In this document: one piece after another, positions 22,693-32,044 of the stretch
Numbering within the stretch: the stretch's first letter is position 1
Layout: every line of letters begins with the position of its first letter
The notes under the pieces: generated by a model
The model's database searches: none
What the model was told of the DNA's origin: nothing
What the model saw: only the letters and a program-made list of their open reading frames with translations
DNA from: Candidatus Sericytochromatia bacterium
GTDB lineage: Bacteria; Cyanobacteriota; Sericytochromatia; S15B-MN24; VGJW01
Reading direction: 5' to 3'
DNA length: 64,000 nucleotides
NCBI GenBank assembly: GCA_035285865.1
Contig: JAYKHS010000027.1
Location: 11,229 to 75,228 of the forward strand
Program-made: the position numbers and the translations under genes

Positions 22693-24012
22693 CTATCCGG
22701 GAAAACCGCCATGAATCGCGTGCACGAGCGGGGGCGGCGACGCCGGCCCCGTCCCGACCCTGTAGGCCTGTTCCACCGCAAGCCGTCCGGCTTCCAGGCG
22801 TCCATCGTCCGAAGCCAGCACCTCAGCCAACGGTTGCCCTGCCGCCACGACATCTCCGATCTTGGCCAGGAGGCGAACGCCGGCCCCGAGATCCAGCGTG
22901 TCTTCCTTGGTGCGACGACCGGCACCGAGGGCCACCACCGCATCGCCGATGCCTCGGGCATCGAGGTCCACGACAGTACCGGACGCCCTGGCGACCACCT
23001 GCGTGGCCAGAGGAGCGCAAGGCAGGCGGGTCGGATCGTCCACCAGCGCCACATCGCCGCCCTGGGCTTCGACCAGCGCCCGGAACCTCTGCTTGGCGGT
23101 CCCGTCGTCCAGCAGCGCAGCCAGACGTTGCCGGGCAGCAGCCGGATCCGCATCGAGCCCACCGGCGACGCAAAGTTGCGCGCCCAATTCGAGACACAGC
23201 GCCCGCAGGTCGGCAGGCCCCCCGCCCGACAGCGTCTCGATGGCCTCGGCCACCTCGAGGGCATTGCCCACGTTGGCCCCCAGAGGCTGGCCCATGGCAC
23301 TCACGACGCAGATCACCCGCTTGCCGAGTCGCTCGCCAACCTCCCGAAGCATCGAGGCCAGAGCCTCGGCCTCGGCCTCGGTCTCCATGAAGGCACCTCG
23401 GCCTGTCTTCACGTCCAGCAGGATGATGTCTGCGCCGGCAGCGATCTTCTTGGAGAGGATGCTGGCACAGATGAGGCCCGGACACTCGATGGTCGCCGTC
23501 ACGTCGCGCAGAGCGTAGAGGCGACCATCAGCAGGCGTCATGCCCGCAGACTGGCCGGCGACTGCCACACGCAGGCGACGCAGCTGTTCCTTGAACTGCA
23601 CGGGATCGATGGCCGTACGGAATGAGCCCAAGCTCTCCAGCTTGTCGATCGTCCCTCCCGTGTGGCCAAGGCCGCGGCCCGACAACTTGGCCACCGTGGC
23701 CCCCGCTGAGGCCACGAGCGGTGCCAGCACCAGCGTCACCTTGTCGCCGACGCCACCCGTGCTGTGCTTGTCCACCCGAGGCCCGGGCACATCCGAGAGG
23801 TCGAGGACCTCACCGGAGTGCGCCATGGCACGGGTCAGCGCGACGGTCTCGTCCAGTGTCAGACCCCGGCAGGTGCACGCCATCAGCCACGAAGCGACCT
23901 GATAATCCGGATACTCGGGAAGGTGGGCGACCAGGCCCTCGAGATCGGTGCGCGTCAGCTCCAGGCCATCCCGCTTGGCCCGGATCAGGGGCAGGATCTC
24001 AGGCTTGGGCAT
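22693..24012 (-). CDS. pdp: Pyrimidine-nucleoside/thymidine phosphorylase
   Basis: VDKHSTGGVGDK, KLSGRGLGHTGGTIDKLES, LYALRDVTAT, SILSKKIAAG. Confidence 0.95.
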   Translation of the reverse strand: MPKPEILPLIRAKRDGLELTRTDLEGLVAHLPEYPDYQVASWLMACTCRGLTLDETVALTRAMAHSGEVLDLSDVPGPRVDKHSTGGVGDKVTLVLAPLVASAGATVAKLSGRGLGHTGGTIDKLESLGSFRTAIDPVQFKEQLRRLRVAVAGQSAGMTPADGRLYALRDVTATIECPGLICASILSKKIAAGADIILLDVKTGRGAFMETEAEAEALASMLREVGERLGKRVICVVSAMGQPLGANVGNALEVAEAIETLSGGGPADLRALCLELGAQLCVAGGLDADPAAARQRLAALLDDGTAKQRFRALVEAQGGDVALVDDPTRLPCAPLATQVVARASGTVVDLDARGIGDAVVALGAGRRTKEDTLDLGAGVRLLAKIGDVVAAGQPLAEVLASDDGRLEAGRLAVEQAYRVGTGPASPPPLVHAIHGGFPG

Positions 24013-24868
24013 CGTGGCGCGTCTCCGGTGTCTCATCCGACGCAGGCGGTTCGTCCTTGCGCAGGGGGCGCACCTGAGGCTTCATGCCCGGCTTCAGGAG
24101 GGCGATGAAGCGCTCCTGCTGGTCCATGGCGTCCTGGGAGTCGGCAAGCTGTTCCCGCAGGTCTGCAGTCTGATGCTGGAGCGAGATGACCAGCGATCGC
24201 AAGTCATCGACCTCACGGGCCGTCGACAACGTCTGACTGGCCAGGACCTCGCCCAGCCCGTGACGCGCCTTGTCCAAAGCCTCCTCGGTCTGGGCCAGCC
24301 GCGCGATCGTCGTCTCGTAGCGCTGCATCAGGTCCTGCCACTGGCGCTCCTGGATGGCCACCTGCTGGTGAATCGCATCCAGTTCACCCGCCAGTCTACC
24401 GTTCTCGGCACGCAGCTTCCGGGCCTCGTCCTGCAGGGCAGCAAGTTCGCCGTCATCGCGCGCGGGGGCCACCGCCTCGACCGACGGCTTGCCCTGGCGT
24501 CTCAGGGCCGTCAATTCATCACGGACCTGTCGCCGTTCGAGCGACAGATCGTCGATTCGCGCCATCGCGTAATCCAACTGATTGCGCAGATTGATTTCGC
24601 GCCGCTGATGCAGGGCACGCAGACTCTCCACGTACTGACGCAGGCGGGTGACTTCGGTCGACGCATCCCGGTAACGCGCCGCCACATCGGCAAGCACCCG
24701 CCGCACCTGACCCAGCATCGACTGGCCAAGGCGCTGCCGCTCGTCCCGCAGCTTGCGGGCGTAGCCTTGCCAATAGTGGAGCTGCTGGTTGCGTTCCTCA
24801 ACCGTCTGGTTAAGTTTCTTGACGTACGCGACCAGCTTCTCGATTTGCTGCTCGTAACGGGTTGACAT
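23999..24868 (-). CDS. Coiled-coil hypothetical protein
   Basis: 289-aa heptad-rich helical ORF overlapping the pdp start. Confidence 0.75.
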   Translation of the reverse strand: MSTRYEQQIEKLVAYVKKLNQTVEERNQQLHYWQGYARKLRDERQRLGQSMLGQVRRVLADVAARYRDASTEVTRLRQYVESLRALHQRREINLRNQLDYAMARIDDLSLERRQVRDELTALRRQGKPSVEAVAPARDDGELAALQDEARKLRAENGRLAGELDAIHQQVAIQERQWQDLMQRYETTIARLAQTEEALDKARHGLGEVLASQTLSTAREVDDLRSLVISLQHQTADLREQLADSQDAMDQQERFIALLKPGMKPQVRPLRKDEPPASDETPETRHDAQA

Positions 24869-24988
24869 GCTTTATCTGGCGGCCGCCGTGGCTCCTCCTG
24901 GCGCGGGCATCGTACCCGTCTTCTCCTTGCAGGATAAGGCAGTTTCGAACTTCAGGCGGTGACGAGTTACCATCGCATCCCCCTTGTG

Positions 24989-24994
24989 TATAAT
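24989..24994 (+). promoter_or_regulatory. Putative sigma70-type -10 element
   Basis: Perfect TATAAT in a very GC-rich context, 23 nt upstream of the 25018 start. Confidence 0.5.
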
Positions 24995-25017
24995 TTCGGG
25001 GCGTGTGAGGGACCACC

Positions 25018-26013
25018 TTGAGCAAGGTCGTATTGTCGGGGGATCTGGGCATATTTCGCCTGGACCTGCTGATTCGCCTTCTTGAAGCCGTGAAGGCCAC
25101 CGCCGAAATCCAGATTGAAAGCCGCGAACGAGCCATTCTGGGTCTGGCGGGCGGACGCCTCGTCTTTGCGAGCACGGCGACCCTCCAAGGGTTTTCGGCG
25201 CTGCAGCAGATCGTGACGTGGCGGCAGGGCGGGTTCGGCGTCAGGACCGCGGACGCCCCGTCTACGCAGGCCGACTTCCAGAATTTCCAGGACAACGCGA
25301 GCATCTTTCGGCACCTGCAGGGCGTCATGGGCCGCGTGCAGGGCGGACCGCCCGGTGCTCCCCCGGCCGCCCCTCCCGGAGGCGGACAGCCCTCCTCGGG
25401 GCCGCCGGGTTCGCGTCCTGCGGCTGCGGCACCTGCCGCGACCGGCGGGGGTCTCGTGGCCGCCGGAACCCCGCAAGGCCAGGCTGCAGCCTCCAAGGGT
25501 CCCTTCAAGCCCAGTGCCGGAGCCGGTCCGTTGGCTCGGGTGCCTGAGCTGACGGACAAGGGCCGTGTCACCCTGCGTACCATCCAGACCAACTTCGCGA
25601 TGCGCGGCGTGCAGGTAGAAGGCGACAACTGGCGCTTCCTGGGCAAGGTAGACGGCCAACTGACCCTCTACCAGATCGGCCAGAGTGTCAGCGTCCTTGG
25701 CGAGAAGCTCCTCAAGCTGACCGCCGAAATGGAGCAGCAGGGCTTCCTGCGCTTCGTGGCGCGTGACGATGTCGCGGAACAGTTCAAGAGCCAGAAGTTC
25801 CGCTTGGGCGAGTACATGGTCGCCAAGGGCATCATCACGGAAGTGCAGCTCGAAGCCGCCCTGCGCAGGCAGTCCGAATTGGCGCGCAAGGGCCGGTACA
25901 TGTGGCTGGGCGAGATTCTGGTCGAAATGAACTACGCCCGGCCATCGCAGGTCCAGGATGCCATGGCCGTCCAGAAGCGCATCCAGCAACAGCAACAGCA
26001 GCAGCAGAGTTGA
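25018..26013 (+). CDS. DUF4388-like N-terminal domain fused to a C-terminal MshEN-like c-di-GMP-binding module
   Basis: LSGDLGIFRLDLLIRLL...WRQGGF at the N-terminus; RLGEYMVAKGIITEVQLEAALRRQ and WLGEILVEMNY...AMAVQ at the C-terminus; poly-Gln tail. Confidence 0.75.
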   Translation: MSKVVLSGDLGIFRLDLLIRLLEAVKATAEIQIESRERAILGLAGGRLVFASTATLQGFSALQQIVTWRQGGFGVRTADAPSTQADFQNFQDNASIFRHLQGVMGRVQGGPPGAPPAAPPGGGQPSSGPPGSRPAAAAPAATGGGLVAAGTPQGQAAASKGPFKPSAGAGPLARVPELTDKGRVTLRTIQTNFAMRGVQVEGDNWRFLGKVDGQLTLYQIGQSVSVLGEKLLKLTAEMEQQGFLRFVARDDVAEQFKSQKFRLGEYMVAKGIITEVQLEAALRRQSELARKGRYMWLGEILVEMNYARPSQVQDAMAVQKRIQQQQQQQQS

Positions 26014-28592
26014 TTCCGTCCGTCCACGGATATCCTCGTCCCGGCGCCGACGGCTATACGCCGATGATGCAGCAGGTGCTGGACATGAAACACCGGCATC
26101 CGGATTGCCTGCTCATGATTCGGATGGGCGACTTCTACGAGATGTTCTTCGGGGACGCCGAGCTGGCCACCCGGGACCTCGAGATCACCCTGACGGCGCG
26201 CGAGAGCGGCCCGCACCGCGTCCCAATGGCCGGCGTGCCCCATCACGCTTTGGACGGCTACCTCGGTCGTCTCGTGGCGAAGGGGCACCGAGTCGCCATC
26301 TGCGAGCAACTGGAAGACCCCAAACAGGCCAAGGGTCTCGTGAAGCGCGACATCACCCGCCTCGTCACCGCGGGCACCCTGCTGGAATCGGGCCAGTTGT
26401 CCGAACGACGGCACCACTGGCTGGTCGCCATCCGTCGCGGGAAGAAAGCCTGGGGGCTCGCCACCTGCGATGTCTCCACAGGTGCCTTCCGGGCAACGGA
26501 ACTGACCGATCCGGCCGCGGTACGCGAGGAGCTCGAACGCCTACAACCGGCTGAAGTCCTCTTGCCGGTGGCTCCGGCGCTCTGGGAAGCGCTTGCGTGG
26601 GGCCGGGGGCCCTTCGTGCTTACGCCCGACCGATGGGATGCCGACTGGCGCGCCGCCATGCCCGACGGGCCCGGCCTCACGCCACGCCCGGATGCCTGGT
26701 TCATCCCCGACCGCGGCGAGACCCGCATCCGCGACCAATTCGGCATCGCCAGCCTGGAAGGCTTCGGCCTGCGGGACCGCCCCGAGGCAGTCGGCGCGTG
26801 CGGGGCCATCCTCGCCTACCTCGAGGAAACTCGCCGAGGTTCCCTGCCGGCATTCCGCACCATCCAGTGGATGGACCGCTCTCGAACCATGGTCATCGAC
26901 GCACCGACCCAACGAAATCTCGAACTCATGGGGACGGCTCGGGACGGGCAGTTGCGTGGCTCGCTGCTGGACGCCCTCGATCAGACGGGTACGGCCATGG
27001 GCGCCCGCCTGATGCGCGAGTGGCTGCTGCATCCGTCGCTTGATCTCGCGATCATTGCCGAACGCCAGAGCATCATCGGCGAACTCGTCGGCCGCCCCGC
27101 CGTCCGCCAAGCCGTGACCAATCTGTTGGCCAAGGTCCGGGACGTGGAGCGCCTGACGAACCGTGCCGTCTCGGCGACGGCCCAGGCCCGGGACCTGGTG
27201 GCTCTGAAGGATTCGCTGCACGTGCTGCCCGCGCTCGCCCACGCGTTGGTCGGCGTGGCCTCGGAGGGTGCGCTGGCGCGCCTGGCCGTGGTCGATCCGG
27301 ACCTAGACGATCTGGCGGGCCGAATCGCCCACACGCTGGTGGACGCGCCGCCGTCCAGCCTGACGGAAGGCGGATTGATCCGCGCCGGCGTCGACACCGA
27401 CCTCGATCGCCTGCGGGAGATGGTGGCAGACAGCCACGGATGGCTGGGGCGCCTCGAACAACACGAGCGCGAGCGCACCGGCATCCGCAGCCTCAAGATC
27501 GGCCACAGCCGGACCTTCGGGTACTTCATCGAAGTCACGAACGCGCACCGCGAGGCCGTGCCCGAGGAGTATCAGCGCCGCCAGACCTTGGTCAATGCCG
27601 AGCGCTACATCACCCCTGAGCTCAAGGACCATGAGGGCGAGCTGCTGTCGGCGCAAGGCAGGGCCCACCAGCTCGAATACACGCGCTTTGCCGAGCTTCG
27701 CGACCGGGTCGCGGCCTCCTCGGGTCGGCTGCTGGGCCTCGCCTCAGACCTGGCTGCGCTCGACGTGCTTTCCAGTCTGGCCGAGCAGGCCGTGCGGCAC
27801 CAGTGGGTCCGCCCCAGCGTCGACGATGGGACGGACCTCATCCTGCAGGATGCCCGTCATCCGGTCCTCGAGCGCCTACTCCCGCCCGGAGCCTATGTAC
27901 CGAACGACCTGCACCTCGATACGGCAGACCAGCGCCTGCTCATCGTGACCGGCCCCAACATGAGCGGCAAGAGCACATGGATGCGACAGGCCGCGCTGGT
28001 GGTCGTGATGGCGCAGATGGGCTCGTGGGTTCCGGCACGCCGCGCCCGAATCGGTCTCGTGGACCGGGTCTTCACCCGGATCGGTGCCGTGGACGATCTG
28101 GCCACGGGGCAGTCGACCTTCATGGTGGAGATGAACGAGACTGCCGCCATCCTGAACCAGGCAGGCCCGCGCGCCCTGATCCTGCTGGACGAGATCGGAC
28201 GTGGCACCTCGACGCACGACGGCATCAGCATCGCGTGGGCAGTGGCCGAGGACCTTGCCGCGCGCGTGGGTGCACGGACGCTCTTCGCGACGCACTATCA
28301 CGAGCTCGTGGCTCTGGGGCGGACGCAGCAGGGCGTCCGCAGCTACAGGGTGCTCGTTCAGGAACAGGACGGGGGCATCGTCTTCCTGAGACGGGTGGTC
28401 CCGGGTGCAGCCGACCGCAGCTATGGCCTCGAGGTTGCCCGCCTCGCCGGACTGCCGCCGCAGGTGCTGGATCGCGCGCGCACGGTGCTCTCCGAGATCG
28501 AACGCCGCAATCGATTGTCGCTGTCGCTCAGACAGGCATCCCTGGAAGCCGGCACCGTGGACCAACTGGGGCTGTTCGGCTCCGGATCATGA
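26010..28592 (+). CDS. mutS: DNA mismatch repair protein MutS
   Basis: TPMMQQ, RMGDFYEMF, MAGVPHH, TGPNMSGKST, GQSTFMVEM, LDEIGRGTST, ATHYHEL, SYGLEVARLAG; TTG start overlapping the upstream stop. Confidence 0.97.
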   Translation: MIPSVHGYPRPGADGYTPMMQQVLDMKHRHPDCLLMIRMGDFYEMFFGDAELATRDLEITLTARESGPHRVPMAGVPHHALDGYLGRLVAKGHRVAICEQLEDPKQAKGLVKRDITRLVTAGTLLESGQLSERRHHWLVAIRRGKKAWGLATCDVSTGAFRATELTDPAAVREELERLQPAEVLLPVAPALWEALAWGRGPFVLTPDRWDADWRAAMPDGPGLTPRPDAWFIPDRGETRIRDQFGIASLEGFGLRDRPEAVGACGAILAYLEETRRGSLPAFRTIQWMDRSRTMVIDAPTQRNLELMGTARDGQLRGSLLDALDQTGTAMGARLMREWLLHPSLDLAIIAERQSIIGELVGRPAVRQAVTNLLAKVRDVERLTNRAVSATAQARDLVALKDSLHVLPALAHALVGVASEGALARLAVVDPDLDDLAGRIAHTLVDAPPSSLTEGGLIRAGVDTDLDRLREMVADSHGWLGRLEQHERERTGIRSLKIGHSRTFGYFIEVTNAHREAVPEEYQRRQTLVNAERYITPELKDHEGELLSAQGRAHQLEYTRFAELRDRVAASSGRLLGLASDLAALDVLSSLAEQAVRHQWVRPSVDDGTDLILQDARHPVLERLLPPGAYVPNDLHLDTADQRLLIVTGPNMSGKSTWMRQAALVVVMAQMGSWVPARRARIGLVDRVFTRIGAVDDLATGQSTFMVEMNETAAILNQAGPRALILLDEIGRGTSTHDGISIAWAVAEDLAARVGARTLFATHYHELVALGRTQQGVRSYRVLVQEQDGGIVFLRRVVPGAADRSYGLEVARLAGLPPQVLDRARTVLSEIERRNRLSLSLRQASLEAGTVDQLGLFGSGS

Positions 28593-28624
28593 AAAAAGGG
28601 TCCCGACCAGAATGGCCGGGACCC
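28592..28624 (-). terminator. Rho-independent terminator between convergent genes
   Basis: Minus strand GGGTCCCGGCCA-TTC-TGGTCGGGACCC followed by TTTTTT. Confidence 0.85.
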
Positions 28625-28637
28625 CGAGCAACTTGGT

Positions 28638-29252
28638 TCAGCGCGGCTGCTGCAGCTTCTGCAGAATGACGGCCAGCACCTCGGGCGTGGCGTATTCGTT
28701 GATGGCAAACTGCCCGTTGGCGGCGCGGTAGGTCTGGTGGAGGTTGTTGTCCATCTTGAAGCGCTGGACGGCCACGCCGAGGGGCTCGTCATAGGCTCCG
28801 GCCGCAGAGACCTGATAACCGAGGCGACCAAGCGCGGCACGAAGCTGGACCACGGCGTCCTGGTTGCCGGTGCCGGGGCCAAGCGTTCCGTTTCCGGCAT
28901 AGGTCCCGACCTCGGCACGGAAGGCATCGAGGTTGGCCTTGGTCGGATGAAGCTGATACTGGGCGGCAAGGGCCCGATCCTGAGGCGTCAGCGTGGTGGC
29001 AGCGTCATCCACCGGCTGTCCGAAGAGACGCTTCACGAAGTTGACGATGCCCCGGAACATGTTGCCGGCGACTTCCATCGCCTTGGCGAAGAAGCCCTGC
29101 AACACGACCATCGTGCCTCCTGCCGCGGCAGGTGCCTGAGGGGCAGGCGTGGCCGGCACTGCGACCGGAGCGACAACGGGAGGAGTCGGCGCTCCACCGG
29201 CGGCAACCTGGGCACGGAAGACCATCGGACGATGCGAAACGGAAGCAATCAT
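28638..29252 (-). CDS. Protein with C-terminal peptidoglycan-binding-like domain and an internal amphipathic helix
   Basis: LGPGTGNQDAVVQLRAALGRLGY...GAYDEPLGVAVQRFK matches the PG_binding_1 pattern; Pro/Ala-rich N-terminus without a signal peptide. Confidence 0.7.
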   Translation of the reverse strand: MIASVSHRPMVFRAQVAAGGAPTPPVVAPVAVPATPAPQAPAAAGGTMVVLQGFFAKAMEVAGNMFRGIVNFVKRLFGQPVDDAATTLTPQDRALAAQYQLHPTKANLDAFRAEVGTYAGNGTLGPGTGNQDAVVQLRAALGRLGYQVSAAGAYDEPLGVAVQRFKMDNNLHQTYRAANGQFAINEYATPEVLAVILQKLQQPR

Positions 29253-29348
29253 CTCGGAACCTCGGCTGCTTGGGGGGCGACACCCCTTCCATCGCCGCCG
29301 GCCTCACCCTTTCGGTAAAGGAAGCCTCAAGGAGGGCTGAAGCCTGAA

Positions 29349-30242
29349 CTAAGTCTCGGAGTCGAGACGACGCGCGAACCAGAGGCGGTCGACCCTCCGC
29401 GAAGTCACCTCGGCAGGGTCGAAAAGGGCCTCGACACCACGCACGCCCGCAACCGTAAGGAAGCGCAGGCGCTCCCGGCCCGCCGCACGCGCAGCCAGCT
29501 TGAAACGGTCGAGCAACGCGCCGGAGAGGCCAGTGGGCCGATGACGCAGACGCACTGCAATCTCGTAGAGCAACACGGTCTCGTCATCCTCGGACATCCC
29601 GAGAATGGCCGCCACGGGCTCATCGCCATGCCAGGCAACCGCCCCCAGCGCAGCGCCGTCACGGGCGTCATGCAGGGCGTGAAGCAGCCGCCGGCAGCGA
29701 TCAGGTGTCGGCCAGTCGGGGAAAGTCAGGTAGGCGCCGTTCAGGCTGCCGATGTTGACGGACGAGAGCATCGCGCCGACCCGTGCGAAGGTCGCGGGCT
29801 CAAGCGGACGCAGGACATAACCCTCCGGGACAGGACGGGGGATGGGTGCGGCCTGCGCCAGGTCGTATTCGTGGGCGACCCGCTGGTAAGCCCTGTAGCC
29901 CGGCGGTACCGCCATGCGCTCGAAGACAGGAGTGCCCGGCAGGCCGAGGATCGCCTCCTCGGGCACGAGAACGGCCGAGATGCCAGGTTGCCGAATCAGC
30001 TCCGGCAACCACGGGAGGCTGGTGGGTACCTCGAGGGCGCGCACGACCAGCATCGGACCGTGCCGATCGATGAGTGCGGCGGCATCGTCTTCGAGCCAGA
30101 TGCAGCCCGGTGCATCCCCGAAGCGACGAACCCCCGCCTCCATCCAGCGTGAGCCAAGCGGCTGCCCCATGCGGGCCGCACCTGCCTGCAGCACGCGCAG
30201 CACCTCCGGCGCATCGAAGAGGCCGGCGGACCTGAGTGCCAC
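29349..30242 (-). CDS. GNAT-family N-acyltransferase
   Basis: C-terminal LLYEIAVRLRHRPTGLSGALL resembles acyl-CoA-binding motif A; PEGYVLRPL precedes the domain; GTG start 3 nt after the upstream stop. Confidence 0.65.
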   Translation of the reverse strand: MALRSAGLFDAPEVLRVLQAGAARMGQPLGSRWMEAGVRRFGDAPGCIWLEDDAAALIDRHGPMLVVRALEVPTSLPWLPELIRQPGISAVLVPEEAILGLPGTPVFERMAVPPGYRAYQRVAHEYDLAQAAPIPRPVPEGYVLRPLEPATFARVGAMLSSVNIGSLNGAYLTFPDWPTPDRCRRLLHALHDARDGAALGAVAWHGDEPVAAILGMSEDDETVLLYEIAVRLRHRPTGLSGALLDRFKLAARAAGRERLRFLTVAGVRGVEALFDPAEVTSRRVDRLWFARRLDSET

Positions 30243-30245
30243 GAG

Positions 30246-31598
30246 TCAGTCCGCCGGGGGCGGCTCGAAGCCGTAACGGAGGATACCGTCGCGCTGATCG
30301 GCGTCCGGAGGAAAGAGGCGAGCCAAGGCCGGAACCTCTGCCACCATCTTGTGCGCCCCGAGCACGGCCGAAACGCGCCCGTCGAGGCGGCTCCAGACCG
30401 GCATCGACAGAATCCGGGCCGCCTGACCGACCGAACCCGAAACCAGTTCCTGCAGCAGGACACGCGCGACATGAGCATCGGCCCGCGCCTCGAACAGCAG
30501 GTCGGCCAGCGCGCTGGCGCGAATGCGCGCCTCGGTGTCGGTTGCAAGGAGTGTGGCGAGGGCTTCCCGCTCCTTCGCCCGAAACGGATCCGAGACATCC
30601 GGTATCCACGCCAGATCGTCGAAGAGCGGCCCCTCTGACTCCGCTGGTGCCTCGTCTGCTTCCACTGCAGATTCGCCTTGGGATGAGTCGAGGACGTCCT
30701 GATCGGCCTCATTCACCACGTTCACGACAGCCGATGCAGCCTCGGAAGGCTGGCCGGCCAGTGGAGGCATCCCATCGAGTCCCCCCAGCCCTCCCAACCC
30801 GGAAAGCCCGGGCAATGGATCCCCCAGACCAGGCAGCCCACTGCCGATACCGCCCAGGCCCCCGAGGCCGCCAAGCCCGCCCAGGCTACCGCCACCATCC
30901 AAGGACAAGGACGATTGCCCCTTGGGCTGGACCGATACTCCCTGCGTCGAGGCACCCGAACCAACGATCCCGCTCACATGGGCTGCGGCCGAGGAGCGGC
31001 CGGACTCCGCGGCTGCCTTGGGCAAGGCAGCCTGCGTCACCCTCCATGTCACGTCGTCCTCATTGGGCTGGTAAGGCACGTCGAGGACCTCTGCCAGCAG
31101 ACGATGTACCACGGCGAGCTCCATGAGATGGAAGCGCAGTGATGCCAGATCGGCAACGGCATCCGCCTTGCGGTACGCCACCTTTTCCTGCGGATCATCC
31201 ACCTGAATGCCATCCGCAAAATTGGTCTCCAGCGTCCGCAGGTCTTCGGTCATGTCCGCGACGCGCAGCAAGGCCTTGGTCTTCAGGTTCAGCTTCAACT
31301 CGATGCCGAGGTCCATGTGATGATGCCAGCGGACCAGTTCGGGCTGAGATGCATCGAGTGGATACGCCTCCTTCATGGCCCGAAATGAGGCGATCTCCTG
31401 TTCAAGCGTCCCGATGAACGCGTTCTGGGCCCCCATGGACTCCACGACTTTTTTCATCACGACGGCCTTGCGTCCTTCGGCCTTCTTGATGAGGACCTGA
31501 AGGTCCTGCCGACGGGCCTCGATGTAGGCTTCCTGCTCGCTCTCGGGCAAAGCCGAGAACTCCTCGACGGACATCAGGTTGGGAATGAGTTCGTTCAT
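30246..31598 (-). CDS. Hypothetical protein: helical N-domain, Gly/Leu repeat linker, acidic spacer, helical C-domain
   Basis: 450-aa ORF from MNELIPNL; no family recognised. Confidence 0.75.
   Translation of the reverse strand: MNELIPNLMSVEEFSALPESEQEAYIEARRQDLQVLIKKAEGRKAVVMKKVVESMGAQNAFIGTLEQEIASFRAMKEAYPLDASQPELVRWHHHMDLGIELKLNLKTKALLRVADMTEDLRTLETNFADGIQVDDPQEKVAYRKADAVADLASLRFHLMELAVVHRLLAEVLDVPYQPNEDDVTWRVTQAALPKAAAESGRSSAAAHVSGIVGSGASTQGVSVQPKGQSSLSLDGGGSLGGLGGLGGLGGIGSGLPGLGDPLPGLSGLGGLGGLDGMPPLAGQPSEAASAVVNVVNEADQDVLDSSQGESAVEADEAPAESEGPLFDDLAWIPDVSDPFRAKEREALATLLATDTEARIRASALADLLFEARADAHVARVLLQELVSGSVGQAARILSMPVWSRLDGRVSAVLGAHKMVAEVPALARLFPPDADQRDGILRYGFEPPPAD
30770..30900 (-). 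repeat. Imperfect GGL/PGL tripeptide repeat within CDS (coordinates approximate)
   Basis: GGGSLGGLGGLGGLGGIGSGLPGLGDPLPGLSGLGGLGGLDG. Confidence 0.8.
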
Positions 31599-31745
31599 GA
31601 CCGAAGGGCCTGCATCAGTACAGCGACGTAGCGACAAGGGATGCATACCCGCGCAGGTGGACGGTGTTCACAACAGGCGAACCGTGGAAGGCGATGCAGA
31701 CGCCCCGCATGCGCAAATGACACGCCAGCCCCCAAAAGATGGAAG

Positions 31746-31775
31746 GGCGGGGCACGCGCCGGACGTGGCCCCGCC
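31746..31775 (-). terminator. Hairpin downstream of small paralog A
   Basis: GGCGGGGC...GCCCCGCC stem (31746-31753 / 31768-31775). Confidence 0.6.
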
Positions 31776-31786
31776 ACGATCCCGGA

Positions 31787-32044
31787 TCAAGCGAACTGCG
31801 GCAGGAACCCGCCTGGAGCCGGCGGCTGCTGAGCCGCGGCGTTACGGGCCTGATCCTGCCGGGCCGTCATCTCCTCGACCTTGGCCGACATCTGCGAGAA
31901 AGCATCGAAGGCCCCTCCCAGCTGCTGGAAGATGCCCCCGATCTGCTGCATCTCAGGCACGAACTTGCCAATGGCGTCGAAGATGCCGCCGAGGCCCTGC
32001 ATGCCCTGTGAAATGCCACCGATGATGTTTGCGACCCCACCCTT
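31787..32044 (-). CDS. Small amphipathic paralog A; AAG at the position of the start codon (possible pseudogene or non-canonical start)
   Basis: Reads (K)GGVANIIGGISQGMQGLGGIFDAIGKFVPEMQQIGGIFQQLGGAFDAFSQMSAK..., colinear with paralogs B-D; SD GGAGG intact. Confidence 0.8.
   Translation of the reverse strand, partial: KGGVANIIGGISQGMQGLGGIFDAIGKFVPEMQQIGGIFQQLGGAFDAFSQMSAKVEEMTARQDQARNAAAQQPPAPGGFLPQFA

Noticed and set aside
25984..26007. CAG/CAA repeat as a phase-variation tract for mutS
   Set aside because: Short, interrupted trinucleotide repeat upstream of the likely mutS start; slippage would keep the frame.
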